In this document: in pieces, positions 29,501 to 38,871 of the stretch
Numbering within the stretch: the first letter of the stretch is position 1
Layout of the letters: each line of letters opens with the position of its first letter
Assembly: GCA_050294405.1 (NCBI GenBank)
Contig: JBNKOC010000024.1
Coordinates: 64,001-128,000, forward strand
DNA length: 64,000 nt
Source: Fibrobacteria bacterium
GTDB taxonomy: Bacteria > Fibrobacterota > Fibrobacteria > UBA11236 > JADFYW01
Direction of reading: 5' to 3'
Notes under the pieces: model-generated
The model's database searches: none
The model's input: the letters and a program-made list of their open reading frames with translations, nothing else
Told to the model about the DNA's origin: nothing
Position numbers and translations under genes: made by a program

Positions 29501-32009
29501 AATAATCAATGGCCGTATAATCTACGCTAAAACCACCACCTGATTCAAAGACCCGGGATTTAAACTTAGCCTGTAGCATACCCGGAGCGTCTAATACATT
29601 GTTTAATTTAAATTCAAAATCACTCGTTCCATTTGAATCTAAAGTCAAATCAAAAATTTCCTGATTTCGCTCTTGAAATTTTGCAGACGGATCCGAAAAA
29701 ATAAAATCTGGAAATTTTTTAAAGTTTGTTGGTGCTGGCACCAAGGTGATTTCGGATTTAGCTTTCAACCCTCTTGCGGGTGCACCATGAAGCCATTGGG
29801 ATTCAATTATTCCTTTAATAATTTGTGTATCAGATGTCAGATAATCAGAGCCAAATTTTAAATTTATTTTTAACCTATTAGGCATCACTGTTTCAATTTT
29901 TAATTTACGCCCGAAGGTGCTCCCTCCAATATGAACCTGTCCCGACCAAAACCCGGTAGGATCATTAGGAGAAGTTGCGGTGGCAAAGCGGTAAAAACCA
30001 TGAACCCCTCCTGAAGAAACTTGTTTATCAATCAATTGATTTTTTGGGTTATAAAATTCAAATGTTATGGGATGGTTTTGTGGAAGACTATGCTCTTTGT
30101 CTTCAAGTATAAAAGTTAAATATAAGGAATCTCCTGGCCTCCAAACTCCCCTCTCTCCATATAAAAACCCCTTTAACCCGTCTTGGACCTTTTCACCGGC
30201 CACATCGAAATGGCTTACGGTGTTCATGTTACCATCACCCACTTTAAGGTAACCTCTCTCATTGTCCATAGAGGCTGTAATAAAAAAAGCTTTTCCTTCC
30301 AATTTCAAAACGGATATTCCATTATTATCCGTGATTCCTGAATTAAGCATCCGGTTTTGAAAATTGAAAGCTTTAATTTCCACCCCGGACAAGGGTTTGG
30401 TATCGAGAATATTAGTCGCAACTACTTGCAATTCACCATCTGTTCCCATTTTGGCAATCAACCCCAGGTTGCTGGCTAAAAAATTTCGGGAAACCTTGTG
30501 GGAGTTATAAACATAATAACTGGGATGGCAGGGGTTCTCCCGTTCGCGCCAGGAATAATAATTGTACCCACTATCGTAGTCATAGCCATAATCGTGGTAA
30601 TAATAGGAATCCTCTTTATTTTTTATTTCGGGGAATTTTTCAGGGTAGCGGCTAACCGTATCTCCGCAAAAATACAAAGATTGACTCATCCTAAAATTTA
30701 AAGAAATATGATAAAGCGCGCCGGGCTTTTTCTTGAGAAGAGATGTTAAATCCAACGAATAAGTATTCCATATGTTGAGCTGGTTACTTGCAGTATTCAA
30801 TTCCACCGTTTTAACCCAAATTTCTCTACCAACATACTTGAGTCGGTTGGTTCCACTGAAATCATTATCCTGCAAAAATTGAGGGATGTTATCTGCATAT
30901 ACTTCTGTGGCAGTTACATCAATTGCTTTTAAATTTACCGCTTCAAAAGGAAGAAGCAATTTTTCACTCCCAGGTAAAATGGTACCTTTCCCAATAATTT
31001 TTATGCCGGGTTTTATTTCCTTAAATTCAACAATACCTTTGTATATATCACTTAAAGTATTCCCCTCTTGATTCTTGAGACCCTCGGCAATTTCAATTTT
31101 CACCTTTCCCCTCCACCTACCGCTTTGAAATACTTTGATTTGATTTCCTTCAATCCGAAAGCTTAGTGTTTTTATGCCAGCAATACTTATTATTCCATCC
31201 AGATTTTGATTTGACTGTAATAAGTCACTTGTAGATATAAGGACGTATTGCTGCTCCTCCTGAACTGCCTGCAATTCCGTAATTTTATAATCACTAAGAG
31301 ATGGAATTACAATTTCCTTTTGCACAGTTTCTTTCACTCCAATAACGCCGCCCTCTGCGATCAAAATCAGAGTTTCACTTTTTTCAGTTCTTGGTATAGA
31401 ATCAATCCAAAACTGGTGAGTTCTTCTGTCTGATTCATGCCTCCAATTAATAGGAAATTCCCTATCGCCTAGTTTAGCCGATAATATTTTCTCAATTGAA
31501 AACCCGTCTTCAGTATCGGCTGTGGTCAGTGAACCATCAAGACCCCGAAATTTATTGGAGTTCACGGACTTTAACGGTTTTATATTAATTGAAAAGGATT
31601 GATTAATTATTGTGAATTTAAAATTGAATTCTTTAGGATTGCCAGGAGGCAATTCGAGTAAACCTTTTAAATTGAGGCTAGCTGTGTATTCTGTACCAGG
31701 AGGCATAATTTCCGATGGACGAAATTCAAGGGTCTGTGGATTGGTCCAAAGAAATTCCCCTTTTAGAGAGGGAACAAAATTTAAAGGAGCCTTTTCAACA
31801 GGTTGATTTATTTTATCCTTATCCACCATATCTGACGTAAATACCAATCTAATTGTGGATTCCTTGCTGATGATTCCAGAGGTATAAGCAGAAATATATT
31901 CGGCTAATTCAGCATGTTCTTTTGGATTTGGCTCTGTCTTTTTATTGCAGCTAATCAAAAGCACACTTAAACCTAAAAGCGCAGATAAGAGTCCAGGGGT
32001 TTTCATCAT
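26469..32009 (-). CDS. yfhM: Bacterial alpha-2-macroglobulin lipoprotein
   Basis: Lipobox LISC, ERGVWRPGD, thioester YPHGCIEQ, DIRDDR, VEAMYD. Paired with pbpC. Confidence 0.95.
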   Translation of the reverse strand: MMKTPGLLSALLGLSVLLISCNKKTEPNPKEHAELAEYISAYTSGIISKESTIRLVFTSDMVDKDKINQPVEKAPLNFVPSLKGEFLWTNPQTLEFRPSEIMPPGTEYTASLNLKGLLELPPGNPKEFNFKFTIINQSFSINIKPLKSVNSNKFRGLDGSLTTADTEDGFSIEKILSAKLGDREFPINWRHESDRRTHQFWIDSIPRTEKSETLILIAEGGVIGVKETVQKEIVIPSLSDYKITELQAVQEEQQYVLISTSDLLQSNQNLDGIISIAGIKTLSFRIEGNQIKVFQSGRWRGKVKIEIAEGLKNQEGNTLSDIYKGIVEFKEIKPGIKIIGKGTILPGSEKLLLPFEAVNLKAIDVTATEVYADNIPQFLQDNDFSGTNRLKYVGREIWVKTVELNTASNQLNIWNTYSLDLTSLLKKKPGALYHISLNFRMSQSLYFCGDTVSRYPEKFPEIKNKEDSYYYHDYGYDYDSGYNYYSWRERENPCHPSYYVYNSHKVSRNFLASNLGLIAKMGTDGELQVVATNILDTKPLSGVEIKAFNFQNRMLNSGITDNNGISVLKLEGKAFFITASMDNERGYLKVGDGNMNTVSHFDVAGEKVQDGLKGFLYGERGVWRPGDSLYLTFILEDKEHSLPQNHPITFEFYNPKNQLIDKQVSSGGVHGFYRFATATSPNDPTGFWSGQVHIGGSTFGRKLKIETVMPNRLKINLKFGSDYLTSDTQIIKGIIESQWLHGAPARGLKAKSEITLVPAPTNFKKFPDFIFSDPSAKFQERNQEIFDLTLDSNGTSDFEFKLNNVLDAPGMLQAKFKSRVFESGGGFSVDYTAIDYYPFPKYLGIRVPEGRGWGKQLVTDTTYRVQLAGLQPSGEPTDISKVEISLYKINWRWWWDREEESLANFINRNYNQFVEKDTVAILKGKGYWDFKINKEEWGRYLIKACDVNGKHCTGKIFYADWPGWGNRGANEGIGASVLSFKADKDKYQTGEIAHVTIPAPEGTRVLLSLETGSKILKTMWLLSEGGYAKAEFNIVSEMAPNFYIHAMLIQPHKKLANDRPIRLYGVIPIDVVDSSTILTPQLTHEEVFRPGSESKIMVREQNGRAMTYTLAIVDEGLLDLTHFKTPNPHQGFYKKEALGVKTWDLYNDIAGNLGDNIQRLLSIGGDESVRPKEKRGNRFPPMVIHLGPFHIESGEKKEHRIQIPQYVGSVRVMAVAGQSEAYGMYEKAVPVRNPLMVLGVLPRVLGPQEEVSLPISVFAMENSIRDVDVSVRVEGSLDIMSEASKKLKFNSPGDELIEFKLKAGISQGWAKVHITAKGSGKMAEQAIEIEIRNPIQKITEVMKKTLQMGESWNLEMQLPGVEGTNNVSVEVSRIPDINMAGRLNYLIRYPHGCIEQTTSSIFPQLYLPELIHMDSEKKKEIEYNVTAGINKLRNFQLGNGGFVYWPGNSEVTEWGSNYVGHFLLEAKKAGYSVSENMLSQWKNFQKRMANSWYSDQYRGALIQAYRLYTLALAGEPELAAMNRLRESPSLQNEVIFRLAAAYQLSGQEKISKALISKAYYHVKPYCEHNYTYGSSLRDSAMILETMVLMGNKQKAKNLMVDISERLSSNDWMSTQTTSYCLMSVAKYTLMGIKNNQEPNLEFNYGFGSKKFKTINGTNPVYLISDEWAPDFGKEFKIENKSNRVLYVRLFMEGKPPYDKETDAENGLYLNVEYSDLTGNSINLDKIIHGVDLKARVSITNKSKNLKIDNLVLSQIFPSGFEIHNERMEAGIQRQISDNIDYQDIRDDRIYSYFNLGPGKSMTLETYLNASYLGKFYLPAVNVEAMYDASINARKKGKWLEIVSLGK

Positions 32010-32287
32010 TTATCTCCATGAGCGAGAATATTATTTAAAGTCGAAATAACCAGAAATTTTTGTCAAAACTTAGTTAAATCTGTGTCTATCCTCGGTGAAA
32101 AAATTGCACATTCTATATTAAAACCCCATTTCTAGTCTATTTTCGCCCTTTTTCTGTTACAAAACTGTGACATTGTTTTTTAAGCGGATTTTGGACGCCC
32201 TTGCGTCTTTAGGATATGAAAACAACAGCTTCTCATACCGCCACTTTGCTAACAGCTTGGAAAGGCGCACAAATAAAGGAGACCCCA

Positions 32288-33496
32288 ATGAAGCATTTTA
32301 TCTTGTTTAAAAAGACTTTTCCAGCCATGTTAGCCCTGGTATTTATGTTTGCCATGGCAAGTGAAGTCCTGGCAGCTTCAAGTAATGGAATGGAAAAAAG
32401 ATCTGTGAAATCCAAAAGCAGCTATAATTCTGGAAAATCTTACAGTTCAAAAAATTCCACCTCTTCAGGTCAAAAATCCTATTCCAAGAAAAGTTCCGGC
32501 TATGAAAAATATTCTAACAACAAAAACTCCAGTACCAAAAAAAAAGGATTTGAATCTAAATCCAGGAGCTACGGAGAAAAAAATCAGGAACCCGCTTACA
32601 GCAACACTAATTCAAAGCCATATAACAAGTTTAAGCACAACGGTGAAAATAAAACTGTAACCACAAAAACCGTTGAAAAAACTGTTGTTATAAAAAGCGA
32701 CAAGCGTAATCCTGGAAAAAAATATGGGCATAAAAAACATTCTAAGAAGAAGGATGATAACCAGCATTATATGGCATCTCCTAAAAAAAATGCGCCTATA
32801 GTTAGAAATCATAAGCGCCAAGAGCAGATTATTGTATCACATGGTTCTAAAAATAAACACCATCATGATAGAAACATTAAAGTTTATCGTCCTCATAAAC
32901 CCAAGTATGTAAGAAACCATAAAAACCATTGGCACCATTCCGATAAATACCACCCTATACACCACGGGAAAGAACAGTATTACTATCGCCATGGAAAATT
33001 TCACCGAAGACATCACAACCGCTATATCCCTATTGCAGCCCCGTTTGGAGCGCTAGTTATGAGCATTCCCTTTGGGCATATGGAAATCAGCGTGGGTCTC
33101 AACACCTACTATTATTTCGATGGCATTTATTACGAAAGGCACCACTCCAGATACCGCGTAGTGCGCCCCCCTATTGGAGTTTATTTATCTGTGCTGCCCT
33201 TGGGCCACCGCGTAGTATATATATCTGATCATGTATATTTTGAATACAATGGGATTTACTACCGTCGCTGGGATAGCGGCTATATCACCTGCCAACCCCC
33301 TGTGGTAATAGAAAGAGAATTGCCCGTAGCGGACCCTGAAAAAGAAACATTGGTTATCTTAGTTGAAAATTCGAATGGTTCCCGCACTCCGGTAACTCTT
33401 GAAAAAGTTGGAGATTACCAATACAAAGGGGAAAGAGGCGAATATTATGACGGTTTGCCCTCTGAAGAGCAATTGAGAATAGCTTACGGATTTTAA
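32288..33496 (+). CDS. Exported Ser/Lys/His-rich protein with DUF6515-like Tyr-rich domain
   Basis: SD AAGGAG before ATG 32288, signal peptide, low-complexity N-half, repeated YYY.DG.YY and PP.G...LP motifs. Confidence 0.65.
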   Translation: MKHFILFKKTFPAMLALVFMFAMASEVLAASSNGMEKRSVKSKSSYNSGKSYSSKNSTSSGQKSYSKKSSGYEKYSNNKNSSTKKKGFESKSRSYGEKNQEPAYSNTNSKPYNKFKHNGENKTVTTKTVEKTVVIKSDKRNPGKKYGHKKHSKKKDDNQHYMASPKKNAPIVRNHKRQEQIIVSHGSKNKHHHDRNIKVYRPHKPKYVRNHKNHWHHSDKYHPIHHGKEQYYYRHGKFHRRHHNRYIPIAAPFGALVMSIPFGHMEISVGLNTYYYFDGIYYERHHSRYRVVRPPIGVYLSVLPLGHRVVYISDHVYFEYNGIYYRRWDSGYITCQPPVVIERELPVADPEKETLVILVENSNGSRTPVTLEKVGDYQYKGERGEYYDGLPSEEQLRIAYGF

Positions 33497-33508
33497 AGGA
33501 GAAGCATC

Positions 33509-33916
33509 ATGAAATTCTTATTAATGTTATTATTAGCAAGCCTTGCCATTGGATGTACCAGCCCTTTACAACCTGAAGTAGCTGAAAACTCGCGGGAAAT
33601 TGAACGACTTAAACGGGAGGTTGAAGAATCCAGAGACAATGTTGCTGGTGCGGTTGAAACAGGCTTTTTAATGGCCGAATTCCAGGTTGAAGGCACAGAT
33701 TACTGGGACATTCCCTTTGATGGAGCTGGCCCGGACTTTGCCTATGCATACCATCGCAAAAACGAAGCTTACATGTGGGAGCCTATTCTGAATTACAATG
33801 TAAGCTACGATGCCTTTGACAGCTACATACGTATTTGGGGAGATGATTTAATTGGCGAAGAGTTTATGATTATTTCTTTTAGGGTCCAAAGAGAATCAGA
33901 AATTGGGGTTGAATAG
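33509..33916 (+). CDS. Hypothetical lipoprotein
   Basis: SD AAGGAG and lipobox AIGC. Confidence 0.7.
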   Translation: MKFLLMLLLASLAIGCTSPLQPEVAENSREIERLKREVEESRDNVAGAVETGFLMAEFQVEGTDYWDIPFDGAGPDFAYAYHRKNEAYMWEPILNYNVSYDAFDSYIRIWGDDLIGEEFMIISFRVQRESEIGVE

Positions 33917-33933
33917 TTTTCATAACTGTTCAG

Positions 33934-33996
33934 GGAGCGGGAGACTTTCCATAAATAAAATGAGGCACATTTTTGAAGGAAGTCTCCGTCTGCTCC
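33934..33996. terminator. Imperfect long hairpin between convergent genes
   Basis: GGAGCGGGAGACTTTCC ... GGAAGTCTCCGTCTGCTCC inverted repeat. Confidence 0.45.
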
Positions 33997-34033
33997 AACC
34001 CGACATCTGTTTAAATCTAGCACTCATGTTTTT

Positions 34034-35437
34034 TTAATTTTTTATTTTCGCCCATCTTTTATTCAGAGCCGAGCGAGTCATGCCAATCATTTGGGCGGCA
34101 ATACTTTGATTCCCCTGCGCCCTTTTCAAGGCCTCCATAACAACAGCATTTTCAATTTCTTTTAAAGTTGGCAGAGGATTCGGCCACAAAAGATTTTCCG
34201 AAACATCAGCCGTTTTGGCGGGACTCAGCCCTTGTTTAGCACCAATCCGCTCCTTAAAACTTTCCATAGAAAGAATTCCTCCCCGATGACGGCCCACGGC
34301 ATCGGAAACCATACTCCTAAGCTCTCTTATATTACCAGGCCAATGGTAAGCCATTAATAGTTTGTACAATTCCTCCGGCGGAGTGGGAGTGTCCTTACCC
34401 ACCTCCGCTGAAATGGATTCTAAAAAATTATCGGTTAAAAGAGGAATGTCCTCCCTTCTATCCTTAAGCGAAGGCAATTCAACCCTGTGATTATGCAGGC
34501 GGTAATAAAGATCAGGCCTAAAACTCCCCTGATTAAATTTTTCCTCAAAATTAATGTTAGTGGCCACCACAATTCGGGCATTGGTTTTTACCTGCACATC
34601 AGAACCAATGGGCAAATACGATTTTTCTTCCAGAAGCCGCAATAGCTTGACCTGAGACTCCATAGCCAGGTCCCCTATCTCGTCCAAAAACAAGGTGCCT
34701 CCATTAGCTTTTGCGATTAGGCCTTCCCGTTCCTTTTCCGCACCTGTAAAGGCTCCTTTAACATGTCCGAAAAGCGTGTCTGAAAACAAGTTGTCGTCAA
34801 GTCCGGCCACATTAACCGCAACAAAATTGCCCTCTCGACCACTGGCATCATGAACAGCCTTTGCTAACATTTCCTTTCCAGTACCTGTTTCTCCCTGTAT
34901 CAAAACTGGAAAAGGCGTTTGAGAGATGGCATCAATATACTGAAAAATAGATTTCATTTTTGAATTGCGTGTCAGAATTCCTTCAAAAGCAAAAGGCGAT
35001 TTTAATTTTCCGGTTAATAAGGTTTTTGTAAGTTGTTTTTTTTCTTCATTCAGGGAATAATAGTCCATGGCCCTTTTTACAGTAGTCACAAGCCTGGTTT
35101 TATCCACAGGCTTTACCAGATAGTCAAAAGCCCCCATTTTCATGCATCCTACCGCAGTATCCACTTCACTTAATGCGGTCATCATCACCACAGGTATATG
35201 AGGGTGTTTTTCCACTATTAGCGGCAGCAATTCCGTTCCGCTGAGGGCGGGCATCATAACATCTAAAACAATGGCAGCGTACTCTTTTAAAGCTAAAAGT
35301 TCCAATACTTTTTGGGAGTCCGCACATCTATCCACATTTTGAATGCCGGATGTCCTCAAAGCCATGGAACTGCTTTGAAGAATTTGCAATTCATCATCTA
35401 CTAACAATACGGCTGACGAAAAACTTTCCTTATCCAT
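34034..35437 (-). CDS. Sigma54-dependent response regulator (NtrC/AtoC-type bEBP)
   Basis: Receiver VDDE / LDVMMP / KP, Walker A GETGTGKE, GAFTGA, LFLDEIG, WPGNIREL, Fis-type HTH. Confidence 0.96.
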   Translation of the reverse strand: MDKESFSSAVLLVDDELQILQSSSMALRTSGIQNVDRCADSQKVLELLALKEYAAIVLDVMMPALSGTELLPLIVEKHPHIPVVMMTALSEVDTAVGCMKMGAFDYLVKPVDKTRLVTTVKRAMDYYSLNEEKKQLTKTLLTGKLKSPFAFEGILTRNSKMKSIFQYIDAISQTPFPVLIQGETGTGKEMLAKAVHDASGREGNFVAVNVAGLDDNLFSDTLFGHVKGAFTGAEKEREGLIAKANGGTLFLDEIGDLAMESQVKLLRLLEEKSYLPIGSDVQVKTNARIVVATNINFEEKFNQGSFRPDLYYRLHNHRVELPSLKDRREDIPLLTDNFLESISAEVGKDTPTPPEELYKLLMAYHWPGNIRELRSMVSDAVGRHRGGILSMESFKERIGAKQGLSPAKTADVSENLLWPNPLPTLKEIENAVVMEALKRAQGNQSIAAQMIGMTRSALNKRWAKIKN

Positions 35438-35446
35438 TAGTCTCCC

Positions 35447-37591
35447 CTATTCGGCCATGTTCATTACGGGCAAGGTTAATATTACGGAAGTTCCTTTTCC
35501 AGGTTTCGATTCATAATTTAAATCTCCACCATGATCTTTTACGATGCTGTAAGTAATAGATAATCCCAATCCCGTGCCTCCGCTGTCGCGCTTGGTGGTA
35601 AAAAAAGGATCCATGATATGGGTTAAATCTTCAGGAGAGATGCCTTTTCCAGTATCTTTTATTTCAATAATAACTTTTTCCGCTTTGGAATAAACCCGGA
35701 TGTCAATTTTTGCCTCCTTTGATTCCAGTGCCTGGCAGGCGTTGCTAATAAGGTTAATTACCACTTGTTCCAGCTGCTGGAAGTTTCCCTTTATATAAGG
35801 CAAATCTTCAGGACAGTCCCAATTAAAATGATGGGTTGATTTTTTTATCAAATTTGTAAGAATGGTCACCGAGGCATCTAGTACATCATAAATTCGAACT
35901 TTCTCATTAAGACTTCCTGGATCTTTTCTGGAAAAGTTTTTAAGGCTATCCACAATTTTGCGAATCCGTTCGGACCCATCCGTTATGCTGCTAATTAAGG
36001 GGGCAATTTCTTCTCTTATCTCCGAATAAGGCAGCCCACTAACATTAAAATCGCCCTTTTCTTTATAATACTTATCCAGCAAGGGCTGCAAATCCTTCCA
36101 TATATCGGTAAGGTTATTGCTGTTTAGCAACATATAGTTGTTGGGGTTATTTATTTCGTGGGCAACTCCAGAAACCAATATTCCCAAGGTGGACATTTTG
36201 TCAGCTTGAATTAATTCCTTTTGTTGGCGGGTATTTAATTCTTCAGCTTGTTTGCGGACCTCCATTTCTTTTTCGAGCTTGCGGATGGTTTCTTCTTGAG
36301 TTTCAGACAAAAGAGACAATTTATGCTGGGTTTCGGTAAACTCTCTGGCAAGATATACAGACATGCAAATAAGTAAACCCAATATGCCATACAAATAGGG
36401 ATAATCCATTCCGAAAATACCTAAAGGTAAAACTCCTACTCCACATAACATTTGAATGGCGCACAACACTCCAAAAATACTGTAGCCCACACTTATAATC
36501 CGAAAGCCCTCGATTTGTTTAAAGCGGGCCTGAATGCTCACCCGTGTGGATTCAATTATGATTATCAGGCCAAATACATATAATTCAAAAGTGGATAAAT
36601 ACCAGCTAAAAAGGGCGAAGAAAATTCCCACTCCAAGAAATATTTTGTACTGAGGAGGGAGATTGGGGTAAAACAAACCATATTGGAAGCGAAGCACCGA
36701 TATAAATATAAGTATAAGTGAAAGCTTAAAACCAATAAAATATATATGGCTTAGCAGCAAAGGAACATTTATAGTGGTTCCCATCACAAAAAAAGTGAGC
36801 CCAGCGCATGCGAAAGTAAAAATGGCATAATGCAAATTGGAGCGTAACTTGCGATTATAAAAAAACAATAAAAAATGAATAAGGGTAAATGTTAAGGGGA
36901 CCCCGGTAAAAAACCAGCGGTTAATGGCTTGTTTTTTAATTTTTTTATCCTGATCAATTAGGAACATTTCCTGATCAATGAGGCTAAGGACAAATCCAAT
37001 GGGAATGTCATCTCTGGAGTTCATCCAGCTGGGATGATGGCTGTAACGGATGGCCAAGGTATGTATTTCACTATCGGTATAAACTACGGAGTTGGGTTTG
37101 GCAATTTCCCATTGCACCCTGCATTCTTCTCCTTCTTTGTCAGGGGAAACTTTTCCAATTTGGGTCCACAACCGCCCATCGATGTATATTTCCATGGCGC
37201 AACTTTGCCGGGTGGTTAAAAATAAAGGCCTGTTTAACAAACTACTGTCCGCCTGAAATTTTAATCTAAACCAACCTATTCCATTCCATTGTTTGGACAC
37301 CTCCGAATTTTCCATTAAACGGGTATCCCTCATTAAAGGCCAATTGGAGTCATCAAATTCGGGATTGGCCCACTCCGGATTATCCCCCAATTGGTATTTA
37401 ACTTGGGGGTCGAGTTTACTAACTCCCTCAAAACTCATAATATCCTTAAGAGCGATATGTAAAACGTTATCAGAGGCTACAGCCTTGAAGCCCATTAGCG
37501 CCAATACCCCTAGTAGGGAAAATAAAAGCTGTTTCAATAATCCTTTGTAATTCACATTAGGTTCCACTGAAATAATATTTAAAGAATACAC
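35447..37591 (-). CDS. Sensor histidine kinase with 7TM-DISM-like extracellular and 7TM input
   Basis: GDNPEWANPEFDDSNW and GIGWFR sugar-binding-like domain, about 7 TMs, AHEINNP, NLISNA, DTGKGI, PFFTTK, GTGLGL. Confidence 0.9.
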   Translation of the reverse strand: MYSLNIISVEPNVNYKGLLKQLLFSLLGVLALMGFKAVASDNVLHIALKDIMSFEGVSKLDPQVKYQLGDNPEWANPEFDDSNWPLMRDTRLMENSEVSKQWNGIGWFRLKFQADSSLLNRPLFLTTRQSCAMEIYIDGRLWTQIGKVSPDKEGEECRVQWEIAKPNSVVYTDSEIHTLAIRYSHHPSWMNSRDDIPIGFVLSLIDQEMFLIDQDKKIKKQAINRWFFTGVPLTFTLIHFLLFFYNRKLRSNLHYAIFTFACAGLTFFVMGTTINVPLLLSHIYFIGFKLSLILIFISVLRFQYGLFYPNLPPQYKIFLGVGIFFALFSWYLSTFELYVFGLIIIIESTRVSIQARFKQIEGFRIISVGYSIFGVLCAIQMLCGVGVLPLGIFGMDYPYLYGILGLLICMSVYLAREFTETQHKLSLLSETQEETIRKLEKEMEVRKQAEELNTRQQKELIQADKMSTLGILVSGVAHEINNPNNYMLLNSNNLTDIWKDLQPLLDKYYKEKGDFNVSGLPYSEIREEIAPLISSITDGSERIRKIVDSLKNFSRKDPGSLNEKVRIYDVLDASVTILTNLIKKSTHHFNWDCPEDLPYIKGNFQQLEQVVINLISNACQALESKEAKIDIRVYSKAEKVIIEIKDTGKGISPEDLTHIMDPFFTTKRDSGGTGLGLSITYSIVKDHGGDLNYESKPGKGTSVILTLPVMNMAE

Positions 37592-37705
37592 ATTTAAGGC
37601 ATCAAGAAAAAGATGTGAAAATTTTCCCAGCTTGGATAGGAATCGAACCTCTTAAAATGGTGAAAAAAAGCAAATTCTATATTTAGAAATATTTATAATG
37701 AAATT

Positions 37706-38299
37706 ATGGCAGGAAACTTTCCGGAAATTGAAAAATATTTGTTGAGATTTGAAAATTTTTCTCAAGATGAAATAAACCAAATCCAATCTAGGTTGGTACC
37801 GAAAAGTTTCAAGAAAAAAGCCTTTGTCCTTTCAGAAGGGGAGAAATGCAACTATTGGTATTTTGTGGTTAAAGGCTTAGTTAGATGTTTTTACATCAAC
37901 GAAAAAAATAAAGAGCAGATTATTCGATTTGCCATTGAAAATTGGTGGTTCACTAACTTAGAGAGCGTAATTAAAAAAAGCCCTTCACAGTTTTATATTC
38001 AGACCCTGGAACCCACCCAATTGCTACTTTTGGAAAATAAACAGTTGGAAGATCTTTATGTAAAAATCCCGAAATTAAACAAAGTTTTTCGCAAAATTTC
38101 CGAAAAAACATTGATGGCCCTTCAAGCCAGATACGAATTTAAAATGGCTAAAACCAGCAAAGATAGGTATCAGAATTTTTTAGATGAATTACCTGGATTT
38201 TCCCAGAGAATTCCACAGTACATGCTCGCTTCCTATTTGAATATTTCACCAGAATATTTAAGCAGCCTATATAAAAGTAAAAGCAAAAAAACATCTTAG
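37706..38299 (+). CDS. Crp/Fnr family transcriptional regulator (Bacteroidota-like)
   Basis: cNMP-binding domain YFVVKGLVRCFY..F..ENWW and HTH RIPQYMLASYLNISPEYLS. Confidence 0.9.
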   Translation: MAGNFPEIEKYLLRFENFSQDEINQIQSRLVPKSFKKKAFVLSEGEKCNYWYFVVKGLVRCFYINEKNKEQIIRFAIENWWFTNLESVIKKSPSQFYIQTLEPTQLLLLENKQLEDLYVKIPKLNKVFRKISEKTLMALQARYEFKMAKTSKDRYQNFLDELPGFSQRIPQYMLASYLNISPEYLSSLYKSKSKKTS

Positions 38300-38303
38300 A
38301 ATC

Positions 38304-38345
38304 TTAAGCTATCTTAATTTTTTGCAGCAAAGCTTTGGTTAACTT
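38304..38345 (+). promoter_or_regulatory. FNR-like palindrome plus -10 element (class II geometry)
   Basis: TTAAG-CTAT-CTTAA at 38304-38317 and TAACTT at 38340-38345, upstream of the AhpD-like gene. Confidence 0.45.
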
Positions 38346-38395
38346 AAAAATATCTCAGGAGAGATGCTCATTTTTGTTTAACCAAAGGAATAATT

Positions 38396-38848
38396 GTGGA
38401 AAGAATAAGCTATAACGAAACACCCCCTGAAATTTATACCCAATTGCTAAAAGTGAATAAAATGATTGATGATTCGAAAATTTCTTTCAATCTATTGGAA
38501 CTTATTCGACTAAGGGTAGCCCAAATAAATAATTGTGCTTATTGTGTGGATATGCACTACAAAATCCTAAAAAAACTAGGAGAATCGGAACTTAGATTAT
38601 CTTCTTTATGTATATGGCGGGATTGCCCCTACTATACTGAACCGGAAAATTGCGTGTTAAATTACGCAGAACATATTCTGGGCAAAGCTACCGCATCAAA
38701 ACAAGAAAAAGACATTATTATGCCTTTATTTAAACATTTTAATAAATCGGAAGTTTCATTTCTTGCACTTGCAGTAGGGCAAATAAACAGCTGGACAGTT
38801 TTAATGAAAACCTTTAATACCACTCCGGGTAATTATGTCGCAAAATAA
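38396..38848 (+). CDS. Carboxymuconolactone decarboxylase / AhpD family protein
   Basis: ELIRLRVAQINNCAYCVDMH and INSW. Confidence 0.9.
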   Translation: MERISYNETPPEIYTQLLKVNKMIDDSKISFNLLELIRLRVAQINNCAYCVDMHYKILKKLGESELRLSSLCIWRDCPYYTEPENCVLNYAEHILGKATASKQEKDIIMPLFKHFNKSEVSFLALAVGQINSWTVLMKTFNTTPGNYVAK

Positions 38849-38871
38849 TGCAATCTTATTATTTTTGCTAG

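Noticed and set aside
24137..32009. Alpha-2-macroglobulin / pbpC pair as a novel system
   Set aside because: Well-known conserved pair with an intact CxEQ thioester. Nothing unusual seen.
32181..32215. Third ECF-type promoter (CGTCTTTAGGATA resembles GTCTTAGGATA at 4675)
   Set aside because: No GGAACTT at the 16-nt spacing. It could belong to another ECF but cannot be supported here.
37636..37652. Minus-strand AGGTTCGATTCCT resembling a tRNA T-arm
   Set aside because: No D-arm, anticodon arm or acceptor stem can be formed from the flanking AT-rich sequence.
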